A DNA stretch of 61,156 nucleotides from Perkinsus chesapeaki ATCC PRA-425. Lineage: Eukaryota; Protista; Perkinsozoa. Shown piece by piece: positions 49,354 through 59,884 of the stretch. How positions within the stretch are numbered: position 1 is the stretch's first letter; each line of letters starts with the position of its first letter. Below the pieces are notes generated by a model. The model was not told the DNA's origin. It worked only from the letters and a program-made list of their open reading frames with translations, and did no database searches. The stretch spans positions 1 to 61,156 of the forward strand of contig JAAPAO010000153.1 in assembly GCA_013115145.1 (NCBI GenBank). The letters are read 5' to 3'. The position numbers were made by a program, and so were the translations under genes.

Positions 49354-49955
49354 TGACGTATAATGCTGACTTGTGCTCGGTAGAATGTGTTGCGTTGTTG
49401 AAGTCTAGCTTCTGAAATTAATTTAAGATCGATCAGAATCTTACAGAGGAAGGGGTTACCGAAAGTGAAACTTTGCGACTGCGGGGATCCTCGGCGGTAT
49501 GACGGACTATTGCAATAGTAACTCAAAAAGCTTATTCCGTCTGAGGATACAAATGGTTCGTAGGTGATGAGGCCGTAGAAAGCTTAGAAAACTTATACGT
49601 TTATCATGAGTTATGGACCGAGTCCACTAGCTAGACGCTAGGAATCTTAGCACACAATTGTGGGAAACAAATGGCGCGGAAAACAGCACAAAAATTGGGG
49701 ACAGAAATAACGTCAGCACAGAGAAATTGTCTTGCACGACAATAACATAAATGCCGTTACCGGCACAGCGGCGCAACTGACGGACACAATTCTAGTAGCG
49801 GCAGGCTATTGGGGCACGTGGCTTGGTGTTCCTTGAACTTGCGTGGTTAGGCGTACTCTAGGAATTCTCTTTTGAAGTTCTCGGAAAGACTGCAATAACT
49901 CAAAACATCAGTCACAAAGGGAAACGAATTAAAGTGAGAATCATGCTCCTGCCAA

Positions 49956-52900
49956 TCACCGCTCATCGGCCGTGGTGTCCCCCTCTGACGCCCATAACCG
50001 TTCCTCGAACCTATCACAGAAGTGATCACTCGGCGGCGACATGGCCAAATAATGATATAAGTTCCATTGTTCTTGCCAAAGACAAGTGGCAGGCATGCTG
50101 TTACCAGCATTCGATCAGCTTGGCCTGTGCTGAACTAATCTAGACGCTCCATTGTTCTCGTGACGCCGGGCACGCGTGCTGTCTATATGGCGCGTGGAGC
50201 CGGTCATGTCACGTGACGGCGTCGCATCGTGACGTAGGAACTCCACAATTAGGTCAAAAGAGAGTTTTTATCCCCTTCAATTGCCTCCAAGGCTTTCTCA
50301 CTCCTTTCACACCAAGAACTTCGTTCGTTAATTACGACATTTCTTCTACCGGGATCATGGCTCCATCGTCTACTACTTCAATTACTCTACGGTACATCAA
50401 GCTCCCCAACAAGGATAAATATGTTCCCGTACACGTTCTAAGAAGCACAGAGTCTGGCCATGCTCTCTTCGTCATCATAGAGGCCCAATATGCTACTGTC
50501 AGCGCCCAGCTCCTTGGTGACACCGTCCAGTACTTCCACTTGGCAAACCGGCCCTTCCTCGGGGCATGGATTGCGAGCTCCTACAAGACTCAATGGCGCA
50601 ACAGCACCGACACCATTCCCCTTGGAAAGGCCCTCCCCCTGACAGGCGGCGCCCTTTCCCCGGAGGATGTTCCCGTCGATATAGAGCTTCCACCAGCACC
50701 AGAAAAGTTCCTCAAGGACCCGGTCGACTCCAACATTAAGGAGTTGACAAGCTTCCCCGCCTACTCTGTACGCCCCTCCCCTGCAAGCCCAACCGCGCCC
50801 GTCGTCTCTGAGGCGGCTCCCGTCTCCACGTCTGGTGTCTACTTCGAAGAGCCCCTCTTCGTGGTCTTACCTACTCATGAAGCACCTGTGGATGGCAAAA
50901 CGGTGCCCTCTGAGACCGAGCTGGTACAGACCTTATATCGTTGGAACTCCTTGCTAATGGGCGAGAAGCAGTCTCTGTCCGAGTATCTCAAGCTGTTCGA
51001 GGATACAAGATATCAAGTGGAAAGACTCCAAGGTGCGCGCTTTGATGAAAGGGTTTTGAAGCATAAATTGCTCATGACTCTGCCTACGGTTCACAGAGAA
51101 GTTGGCTTGGCTAAAATGACCTCTCTGGGCTATCTCGACCTCCTACACGAGCTCATTCAACTCGACAGGGTCAGGCAATTAGCCAATGCCCACCGAAAGA
51201 CTGGCCATATCCCCACCAACTCCAAGACCATCAATGCTGTCGACAATCTAGCGCCTACCCAGTCAGCTCCGGAGAACCGTCAACAACCCCGCAGAGGCGG
51301 GAAAGGTACTGGTAGACCTAAGCGCTGGACCTGTCTTAGATGTCTAGACACTGTTCCTCCTTCGGGACATCTGCACCGTAATTGTCCTAGCTCCAATCCC
51401 GTGGAAAAAGAAGGGCGATGCCATCATTGTAACAGAAGCATTGGCTCTGGTAGAAACTGCTGTCAAGATCCTACGCGCTGCACAGCAAGCACCAATAGAA
51501 GATGCCCTCGTTGTTCCGCTGAAGGCAAGCACCACCCTTTTCATTGTCCTGGTCCCCTACCTTCAGAAGGTTCGAAGGCCGTCGATGAGAAAACCAAGAG
51601 TCCTACAACTACACTTACCTTCGAGAACGTCCTGATCGCTGGTACTACAACCCCGGTGTCCACGTCACCACTACGCTCGACGACCGTTCGAGTACTATCC
51701 ATCAACGGTTCCGTCCCTATCACTGGTCTCATCGACACTGGAGCGGAGATGACAGCCATCAGCCAGAACACTATGGAGACTCTTATTCGAGAAGGTGTGG
51801 AAGTCCCTCAACCTAAAGCCTACTGTACAGCACTAATGGCTGATGGGAAACCAATCCGTGATTGTCCAATTCATGACTTGGTCTTCATTCATGGCCCCAA
51901 CCAAATCTCGGCACCAGTGGTTGTCATCAAGGACTTGAGCAAGGATGTCCTCGTCAGTGCCCACCTTTTCCGACAGTTTACTAATCCCACGATATGGTTA
52001 TTCTCTAGCGTCGGTGATCGTCTCTTCAACGTCGGGTCACTAAATCCTGAGCTCAAGGCCTTATGGGAAGCATTCTACCATAGACTAACCACGTCCACTT
52101 TGACGCCGACCGACACCTCTCAAATCGTGGATGCCTCCATCGACGATGACACCCAGTCAAAGCCGATATGCCTCTTGAATACAAGTCCAGACTCTGCTGA
52201 AGAAGTGACCGCCTCTTTCACTCATTCTTCGCCGGTTGTTTATGGTATCACCCTTAAAAACATCTCGGACCGGCATAATGAGGAGCAGCTTTCAGGCGGT
52301 CTACATGCGGTCTCTGTCGTCAACGCCGATATCGACAACTTACCAGATGCGTCAACTGCATCTACCCCTATCAACCGGTATCAGCATCGCATCAAATGGC
52401 TCAAGCCTAAGCCGGCTAATAACGTCCAAGCCCTCCGCAACGTTGCTGAACGCTTAGAGCAGCGACTTCGCCGAGATGGTATCTTCGAGCTGTATGATGC
52501 TGAAATTGAGAAGTTCAAGCAGAAGGGGTATATCAAGCCAGTTCCATCGTCCTATGCCAAGTTCTGCTTGAACCACTTCCCTGTAGTGCGCAAGCACGGC
52601 AATGAACTGAGCAGTATGAAGGTTCGGCCAGTATTTGACGGCAGCAGTCTGCGTGGTATCGTGAGTCCAAACCTTACCGATTGCGATAAGCAACATGTGA
52701 CTAGTTCCATATATCTACTCAGACGTTTTGCATTCTGCGTATCCTGCGACTTTCAAGCGGCCTTTCTTCAAGTAGAATACGAGGTCGAAGAAGATTGTCG
52801 ATATCTATGCTTCTGGTGGCGTGGGGTATTATATTCCTATCAACGAGTATTGTTTGGTCTACCAGACAGTCCAAGCGCCCTAATACATGCGTTGGACGAC

Positions 52901-55900
52901 AACCTTTCCACTAGTCGTGAAGAACTTCGACGAGTCGTATCGGTCGACGGCGTGGGTAACTATGGCGTGAGAATTCTTATGGACGACCTCAGCGTCGGCG
53001 CCTCTTGTCCAGCCCTAGCACAACAAGTACTCTCTATTGTCCTTAAGAATGCTTCAGAGCGAGGATTTGAAGAGAATGAGGCCAAACGTGTGAACTATAA
53101 TAATGCCGAAAAGTCCGGATCCATGCTGGGTTACCATTGGTCGTGCGTTGATGATACTTTAACGATATCAGCAGTGAGGAAGAGCGACAATATCCCCAAT
53201 CTGAGAAGAGTTGACGATTATCGACGGTACATAGCCACTTTCTTTGATCCGTGTGGTTTCTATTTGGAACATATGATGAAGGCTCGACTACATCTTCAAC
53301 AAGCCGCACTCTCTGGAAAGGATGCAGCACTCACCAGCAAGCAGCAGACGGTTATTCAAGAATGGTATTCAACCTTAGCACGAGCCCGAGCTCTTCAACG
53401 CCAGCTCTATCCCAAGAACGACGAGTACAATACGATCGTGGCCTACATTGATGCGTCCAACAAAGCATCGGCGATAGTTGTCGAGACCGTCGCCGGAAGC
53501 AGGATCTGGGCTAGAGGTTTTGTTACCCCTGTTGACGCTAAGCCCACTGCTCCGAGGATGGAGCTAGATGCCTTATGCACGGCTTCCGGGTTATTGAAGG
53601 ATTTTATGGTCGACATCGCTGACTACTGGGGAGCTACTCGACTGATTATCTGCACCGACTCGGAGGTCAACCTTGCGAGACTGAGGAAGAGTCCTACTGC
53701 CATTAAGACTCCCGCTGAACTGGTGAAGCAGCGTCGGCTCATAAAGGTAAGAAATAATATTCATGAGCTTCAGCAGAAGACTGGCATTCAAGTCGTCGTC
53801 ACCCACATAGAAGGCACGCTCAACCCTGCTGATCCTCCATCTCGTGGTCGACTATCAGATGACTCGACGGTTGACTTTAAGCTCAGCTACATATCACAAC
53901 TCCGTTCACTGCTTGACACGGTCAGTATCTTCGATCTTGGGAGCCTCACTTCCTTTTACCATGTTCCTCATGATTATGAGCCTCTACCCATCCCTTGTAA
54001 GATTGATCCTAAGGGCGACAGAGTTATCAACAGTGTTGACAACCTCAACATCAACCAGCATGATGGCACCGAACGTAGCAGCTATGAGCCTGATGATATA
54101 GCTCGCATCTTGCATCAACAGCAACGCCGAGCTCAAGTATTCAGAGAGTGGCAAAGGAACACTCTTGACCTTGGTACGCCTGATCATGAACAAGACCCTA
54201 TCCTTTCACCGCTAATTGCCGTTGTTGGTGAGGCACAAAGAAGATATGGACTTGACCGTTTGCTACAAGCACCCTTCACTGCTATTGACGAGAATGACTA
54301 TGTTGTACGCAAGTGTCGACAAGACACTAACGGTATGGTACACTCACAGTATGTGGTCCCACCTAGAGAACATGCGCTTCAACGCCTTATCATCAAGTCG
54401 ATTCATGGCAAAAGTCACCATGGTGTTAACGCTACCTACAACGAGTTGGTCAAGAACTACCACTGGCCTTCAATGCGACGCATGGTAGCGAGGATGGTTA
54501 CAGCTTGCGGGCAGTGTATAAAAACCCGTCCGAGACAGTTAGCGGCACAAGGATCACTATCTAAGAAGATAGACCGAGTGCCCTGGTCAAGTGTGGGTAT
54601 CGACCACTGCGGTGCATATGACAACAATGGCGACAAGCAGAAATATCTGGTGGTATGCACTGACCTTCTCACCGGTTTCATAGACGCCGAGCCTACTACT
54701 TCTACTAATGGTGTCCAACTGGTTACAGCGGTCAAGCGAATATTCGCCAGACGCGGTACTCCCAGACGCATCTGCTCAGATCGAGGGAAGGCTTACCTGA
54801 GTGGTGTTTTCCGACTCTTTACCTCGTCTATTAACATCCAACATCACCTCATACCTCCAGGAAGTCCTCGCTATGGTGGTAAATGGGAGAGATCTCATGG
54901 TCCTTTGAACGAGAACCTCAAGTTCCTCAGATCTACTAAGCCCCGTGTAGATTGGCGAACGGTGGTGGCAGAAGCGGTTTCTCTATCAAATGCTCGCCCT
55001 AGGTGGTCAACCATATCCTCGTGGGATCTCCTACACACTTATCCTCAAGACCAATCCAAGAAATGTGCTCCCCTACCAGGAGGATTACTCGACGAATGGA
55101 TAGAAGGACAATGGGAAGACGACCGAGCTCGCACGCGGGAGCGCCTTGGCGACAAGTCAAAGAAGGTTCACATCGGCGATAAAGTTTACCTGCGCACCCC
55201 TTCTCCTCATAAACTTGGGGAGCTGGCAAGAGGACCCTATGTTGTTGAAGAAATCAAGGGGCACACTTACTTCCTCCGAGAGCTGTCTACTAATAGGAGA
55301 CTACAACAACCACTATATAAGTTGATAACTACGATCTAAATCTATGGTCTGGTATTGTTTATAGATTTCTATTAGAACAACAAGTATCTTCAGACTATTC
55401 CTCATATACCCTACTTTCTTGCATTCGAAGGTTTTTTTTCTCTACCTACTAGCCTTTGGGCTGGGAGGATGTGCTGAACTAATCTAGACGCTCCATTGTT
55501 CTCGTGACGCCGGGCACGCGTGCTGTCTATATGGCGCGTGGAGCCGGTCATGTCACGTGACGGCGTCGCATCGTGACGTAGGAACTCCACAATTAGGTCA
55601 AAAGAGAGTTTTTATCCCCTTCAATTGCCTCCAAGGCTTTCTCACTCCTTTCACACCAAGAACTTCGTTCGTTAATTACGACAGGCCCATCGTCAGCTAC
55701 TCACCTGTTCCACTCCCCTGCCCTAGGCTGGTATATGCTTCGATCCGCCTCGTATAAGGTAACACGGCCTTCCGCATCACCAGCTAGTAGAAGCCTACCA
55801 TCACCATTCCAGGCCAGCCGCTGAACTGAGGACCCTGGCGTCCGAATGCTGAGCACCTAAGAAACGCATGTCTCTCAATATCATACACTCTATCCTACCG

Positions 55901-58900
55901 GCGACTCGGTGTCCCGATTGAAGTTGCATATGTGAATTCCCTCCGCGCTAGAAGTAGCCAGAACAGCTGGATGATGAGGATGCCATCGCACGTCCGTCAG
56001 CGTATCCCTATGAAATGATCGACACAATTTCAAAGTCAATATTTTCACAGACCCACTTGTAACTATCAACCGTTGCGATCGATGCAGCCGGCGATGTCTC
56101 CTTAGTGCCGAGCAGGCCAGCCAGATCGGTTGCAGCCGTATGAACGTGAGAATTTCCGCAATGTTCCATGGCAGCGCCATTCCACAATTTAACAGTCCAG
56201 TCCAGCGAGCCCGACGCTAGTATATCATCCGGGTGTCGTTTAAGCGCTGAACGCGGCATGTGCACGAGGAGGAGGGGAGTCTCACCACTGGGCTTCTGTA
56301 TTGTCTTCAGATTACTAAGTGGATGGTAATCGAGAGCTGTAACCATTCCATCATGAGCCAGGGCGCTGGCTTTAGCTACTTGCCAGCCAGGGTTAGTGTT
56401 ACCAGTGGTAGTGTCGAGTTGGGCCTGATACCGTCATGGCACTTAGTGAAAATGGGTACGTTAAGTTCGGAGCTTTCACGGTATGACTGTTAGGGCGATT
56501 CCAGCAAACATAACGAGCATACTGTCTCTTTCTTTCAAGGCATCTTACCTTTACAATGTGACCATCATACGTTCCAAAGGTGATAAGGTTCGCATCTGCC
56601 TCTGAGAACGCCACAGTCGAGACCGAATAGTCCCTCTGGTCGGCATCCTTGAACAACACCGAGTGATGCGGCTCGTTCTGTGAACTCAAATGAATCGCCC
56701 AACTGGCTTCATGCCAGCCTACCAACTGAGCTGTGCTCCACAGGCATACTTTTCCCTCTCGTGACACTGTTGTTATATGATGAGCGTTCTTGGTGCCAAC
56801 TAGTTCCATTCCACAAATCGGTTGAGTGTGTAATGACGATGTGCAGCAGTTGTCATCACGAGCGCAGCTCCCTATAGCTGGAGACCATTGCACTGGAGAG
56901 AACTGAGAGAAGAAAACAAATCCATTAAAAGATACTCTCTTTCGACTGCGCACGCTGAATATTGTGATGGGTAAATATCTTTTAACCGTTTCATGGATAC
57001 CTTACGCCACACGAGAGGGAGTATACCCAGCATAAGCCGATCTCCTCTCTTTGAATACATTCCCCTATTTCCTATCCGGTCAGTTATTCATTCACCGATA
57101 TCAGACCGAAGCTGCATGAGCCTGCAAATCCTCATCACCTTGGCTCGAGTGTCCCATATAAGCACACTTCCACTGACCGATCCACCAACATATAAAGTAG
57201 GCTTGAATTTATCACTCATCGCTGTCACCACAGCAGTGTGGCTCTTCAACACAAACTCTGGCCGCTTGGGCATTGCTATAGACCATACTGCGACCGATGG
57301 GCACTGACACAATCAGAGATACCAGATACCATACCCCACAGAATGACCAACTTCCAGCTGTTACGCAATCTTTAGGGTGCAAGGATTCCACAGAAATTTG
57401 GGAAAGCGAGCAGGTGCACTAAACAACTCAGCCCGACTATACAGTTCGATAAGATACATAAATCCCCATCATACACCCATTGAACGTATTTAATCTTTCA
57501 TTCCTACCTCCTTCCTGTTCCTGTTGTGGCATTGCCATGACCCAGCTCCACTGCATGCTATAAACAATTCCGGTATTCCGCCATGCCACCGTAGATCAGT
57601 TATCTCACCAAGTCGGCCTTCCTCTCCGAAGCTCGCGAATCTTGAACAACTCAATTTCCTATTTTCCAAATCGATTGCTCAATTACACCCGATCTGTCAC
57701 GCGCAAGGCAGCAGCCGACTCCTTCCCCGCACTCCCTCCAGAGTCTCTCAGCCGCTCCTCGGTGGCGTAGTCGATGAAAGGGTCCACTTCGAGACAACCC
57801 TGCTAGTGAACACCTTGGAACGACAACGGCCCGAAACTTCCCCTGGTACCGAGAGCTCGGATATACCGATCGCCTTTTCCACTATTTTGCTCGCCCGCTG
57901 AAGGAAGTCCCCAAAATCGCGACGTTGACAGATTGCTTCTTTTTCCTCTTCAGAAAGGCTCCCAATTGGAGTTTGACTGACGCCTTTGGCTGGCAGCTTC
58001 TCAAGATTAGAAGCCTAAAATACCCTTGCTGTGGATAGAACCCACGACCACTCGCACAAGAACGCAGCGCTCACCCTCGCGGCTGCTTTCATCCTATCCA
58101 ACGCGGTGGAGCCTCTCCTAGGAAATATAGGATTTCTAACCGAAGAGCGCCTTCTGTCTCCAGATCCTAAATGACTCGTGGGCTTCGAGTCCCCCGTGGT
58201 ATCGGCGACAACTTCCATCATGGTATCGCCTACAAGGTGGGTTTTATACTTCATCAATTTCCCATTTGCATGATAGATAACACCTTAATAGGGACAAAGG
58301 CTTAGACATCGTAAAATATTCTGATCCAGCAGCAGGACCTCAAGACTTATACAACACGTAGTTCAATAGTAGTAGTAGTACCATCGATACGGCTGATCCA
58401 TCGACATCAACTACTCTAGTAGTTCAGCCGAACCTCCAACGGAGAGGGGATGAGGGTAGACGAAATGCTCCCAGAGGGATGGGTACCATTTTCTCCCTCG
58501 AGAAAGGGCATATTTTTTATCAGACTTTCCCTCTCACATCAGTTTCTTGGAGTATAGGAATACAGTATTTTGCTGCGAGGAAGCCAGTCATTCCATCATC
58601 GTCATCACCGCTGAACCTTGTGGCTTGAAACAGAGTATTGCTAGACAGAGAGCCATTAGGGCCAGAAAGTGTGTTTATAATGCAAACATTTGCTAGAAAA
58701 TGCGTTCCTAGACCAAAATCAAACATGAAATGCATCCCTCGTGGTAATATCTTCTAGCTGCTCTTCTAGCGACAAATATTACAAACGAGCGTAGGTGGTG
58801 ACTAATCGCGGTAGTGAAAACTTCACCACCTGCTGCTGGCTGCATCACCTTTGCCTGTCTCCGTCGACTCATCATCACATTGTATGCCTTTCTCGTAGCT

Positions 58901-59797
58901 ATCTACATCCTCCCTTCTAACATCTCCATTCTCCTTCCCGGATATCATTCCAGCCACTCGCTTGTCAGAGTCGATATGTACCACAGATTGAGATGTCACT
59001 AATAATGACCGTCCTGGGGATCGAACCGACGACCTTTCCCTTACGAGTTTCCAATTTAGGCTTCCGAAAAAGCATTGCCTTCAGCCTAGCTGCGTCGTCA
59101 TCAGCCATACCTGAATCATCAGACACTTTCCAAATCACTGCTGAACCTTCCCTTCTGCCTCCAGTAGCCTGCGTTCCTCACGGCCCTGAATCTATGCTAG
59201 CATATCGCCTGCTTCCCTCAAATCCATACTAGGGGATTGCCTCACCCGCTGTTCAGAACATTACGAAATTTGACTAGAATCCTCCAACATCTCAAATATA
59301 CACACGAAGACATGTATGTCAATAAAGGCGGTCAAGTGAAATACGACAGCTTCGTGATATCCTTCTGGGCCATCTTTTCTAATCACCCTATACGAATGTC
59401 CAGCACGGGTATCGAAAATGCTGCTATTGGCAACCCAACCGCCCTCACTTTTATTCTTATCAGACGTTACGTCCAAGTTGTCGAGATTAGCCAACTGCTC
59501 GTCGATTGATAAGGCCTCGGAGAGGATCTAATGAGGCGGAAAATTGGTATGGCCAACATGAAGGAAATTACAGCTTGTATTTGTCTATCGAGAGAGTTCG
59601 AAGTGTTCGAGTTCTCAGAAAGACTTTTCGCCCTGAAGAAGGATCCAATCCGGCCTATTACGTATCATCCTCGGTGAAGCTCAAGATACCCACTTCATTC
59701 GACTAGCCCTAAGCCTTCTCAACTCTTCAACCCTCTTCCTCTGTGCCTCTATCATTCGTCGATCAATGCCGACAGCGCCACTGCCCGAGTTAGTCAT
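49956..59797 (-). CDS. DYNC1I: Cytoplasmic dynein 1 intermediate chain (WD40), multi-exon; last intron (50011..55704) carries the LTR element
   Basis: VWSIAMPKRPEFVLKSHTAV..YVGGSVSGSVLIWDTR, HTQPICGMELVGTKNAHHITTVSREGKVCLWST, LASGSLDWTVKLWN and LAWNGDGRLLLAGDAEGRVTLY..PRAGEWN|RF match DIC. The last exon 49956..50010 is inferred. Confidence 0.88.
50126..50339 (+). repeat. 5' LTR (214 bp)
   Basis: TGTGCTGAAC...ATTACGACA. Identical by eye to 55470..55683. Confidence 0.97.
50357..55339 (+). CDS. Gag-protease-RT-RNase H-integrase polyprotein, 1660 aa from the first ATG after the LTR
   Basis: Three Cys/His clusters, protease LIDTGAEMT, RT RPVFDGS / DFQAAFLQV / RVLFG / LMDDL, RNase H YIDAS / TAPRMEL / TDSEV / NPADPPSRG, integrase HH..CxxC, GIDH, SDRG, YGGKWER, and C-terminal GPYVV. 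Confidence 0.95.
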   Translation: MAPSSTTSITLRYIKLPNKDKYVPVHVLRSTESGHALFVIIEAQYATVSAQLLGDTVQYFHLANRPFLGAWIASSYKTQWRNSTDTIPLGKALPLTGGALSPEDVPVDIELPPAPEKFLKDPVDSNIKELTSFPAYSVRPSPASPTAPVVSEAAPVSTSGVYFEEPLFVVLPTHEAPVDGKTVPSETELVQTLYRWNSLLMGEKQSLSEYLKLFEDTRYQVERLQGARFDERVLKHKLLMTLPTVHREVGLAKMTSLGYLDLLHELIQLDRVRQLANAHRKTGHIPTNSKTINAVDNLAPTQSAPENRQQPRRGGKGTGRPKRWTCLRCLDTVPPSGHLHRNCPSSNPVEKEGRCHHCNRSIGSGRNCCQDPTRCTASTNRRCPRCSAEGKHHPFHCPGPLPSEGSKAVDEKTKSPTTTLTFENVLIAGTTTPVSTSPLRSTTVRVLSINGSVPITGLIDTGAEMTAISQNTMETLIREGVEVPQPKAYCTALMADGKPIRDCPIHDLVFIHGPNQISAPVVVIKDLSKDVLVSAHLFRQFTNPTIWLFSSVGDRLFNVGSLNPELKALWEAFYHRLTTSTLTPTDTSQIVDASIDDDTQSKPICLLNTSPDSAEEVTASFTHSSPVVYGITLKNISDRHNEEQLSGGLHAVSVVNADIDNLPDASTASTPINRYQHRIKWLKPKPANNVQALRNVAERLEQRLRRDGIFELYDAEIEKFKQKGYIKPVPSSYAKFCLNHFPVVRKHGNELSSMKVRPVFDGSSLRGIVSPNLTDCDKQHVTSSIYLLRRFAFCVSCDFQAAFLQVEYEVEEDCRYLCFWWRGVLYSYQRVLFGLPDSPSALIHALDDNLSTSREELRRVVSVDGVGNYGVRILMDDLSVGASCPALAQQVLSIVLKNASERGFEENEAKRVNYNNAEKSGSMLGYHWSCVDDTLTISAVRKSDNIPNLRRVDDYRRYIATFFDPCGFYLEHMMKARLHLQQAALSGKDAALTSKQQTVIQEWYSTLARARALQRQLYPKNDEYNTIVAYIDASNKASAIVVETVAGSRIWARGFVTPVDAKPTAPRMELDALCTASGLLKDFMVDIADYWGATRLIICTDSEVNLARLRKSPTAIKTPAELVKQRRLIKVRNNIHELQQKTGIQVVVTHIEGTLNPADPPSRGRLSDDSTVDFKLSYISQLRSLLDTVSIFDLGSLTSFYHVPHDYEPLPIPCKIDPKGDRVINSVDNLNINQHDGTERSSYEPDDIARILHQQQRRAQVFREWQRNTLDLGTPDHEQDPILSPLIAVVGEAQRRYGLDRLLQAPFTAIDENDYVVRKCRQDTNGMVHSQYVVPPREHALQRLIIKSIHGKSHHGVNATYNELVKNYHWPSMRRMVARMVTACGQCIKTRPRQLAAQGSLSKKIDRVPWSSVGIDHCGAYDNNGDKQKYLVVCTDLLTGFIDAEPTTSTNGVQLVTAVKRIFARRGTPRRICSDRGKAYLSGVFRLFTSSINIQHHLIPPGSPRYGGKWERSHGPLNENLKFLRSTKPRVDWRTVVAEAVSLSNARPRWSTISSWDLLHTYPQDQSKKCAPLPGGLLDEWIEGQWEDDRARTRERLGDKSKKVHIGDKVYLRTPSPHKLGELARGPYVVEEIKGHTYFLRELSTNRRLQQPLYKLITTI
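55470..55683 (+). repeat. 3' LTR (214 bp)
   Basis: Same sequence as the 5' LTR. Confidence 0.97.
58999..59044 (-). pseudogene. 46-nt dynein intron consisting of a tRNA-Thr(CGT)-like 3' half plus T-rich trailer
   Basis: CTC|GT-AA-GGGAA-AGGTC-GTCGG-TTCGATC-CCCAG-GACGGTC-A-TTATT-AG|. Phase-1 splicing gives PKLET-L-TSQSVVHID and removes an in-frame stop downstream. Confidence 0.8.
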
Positions 59798-59884
59798 CAA
59801 ATCCATAAACTAAGCCTTTCCCATTTCACTAACTGCACAAAACGCATCATTAAGAGGAAACGACAGTATGATATCAATGAACAC

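Larger units (their letters stand above)
50126..55683 (+). mobile_element. Full-length LTR retrotransposon with BEL/Pao-like motifs, 5558 bp, TSD GGCC (50122..50125 and 55684..55687)
   Basis: Two 214-bp TG..CA LTRs, a single intact gag-pol ORF, the purine-rich tract GGGCTGGGAGGA before the 3' LTR, and a flanking 4-bp duplication. Confidence 0.97.

Noticed and set aside
50213-50356. ORF-track start of the polyprotein at 50213, and the matching ORF at 55557..55757
   Set aside because: These begin at a GTG inside the LTRs. The first ATG after the PBS (50357) is the plausible start.
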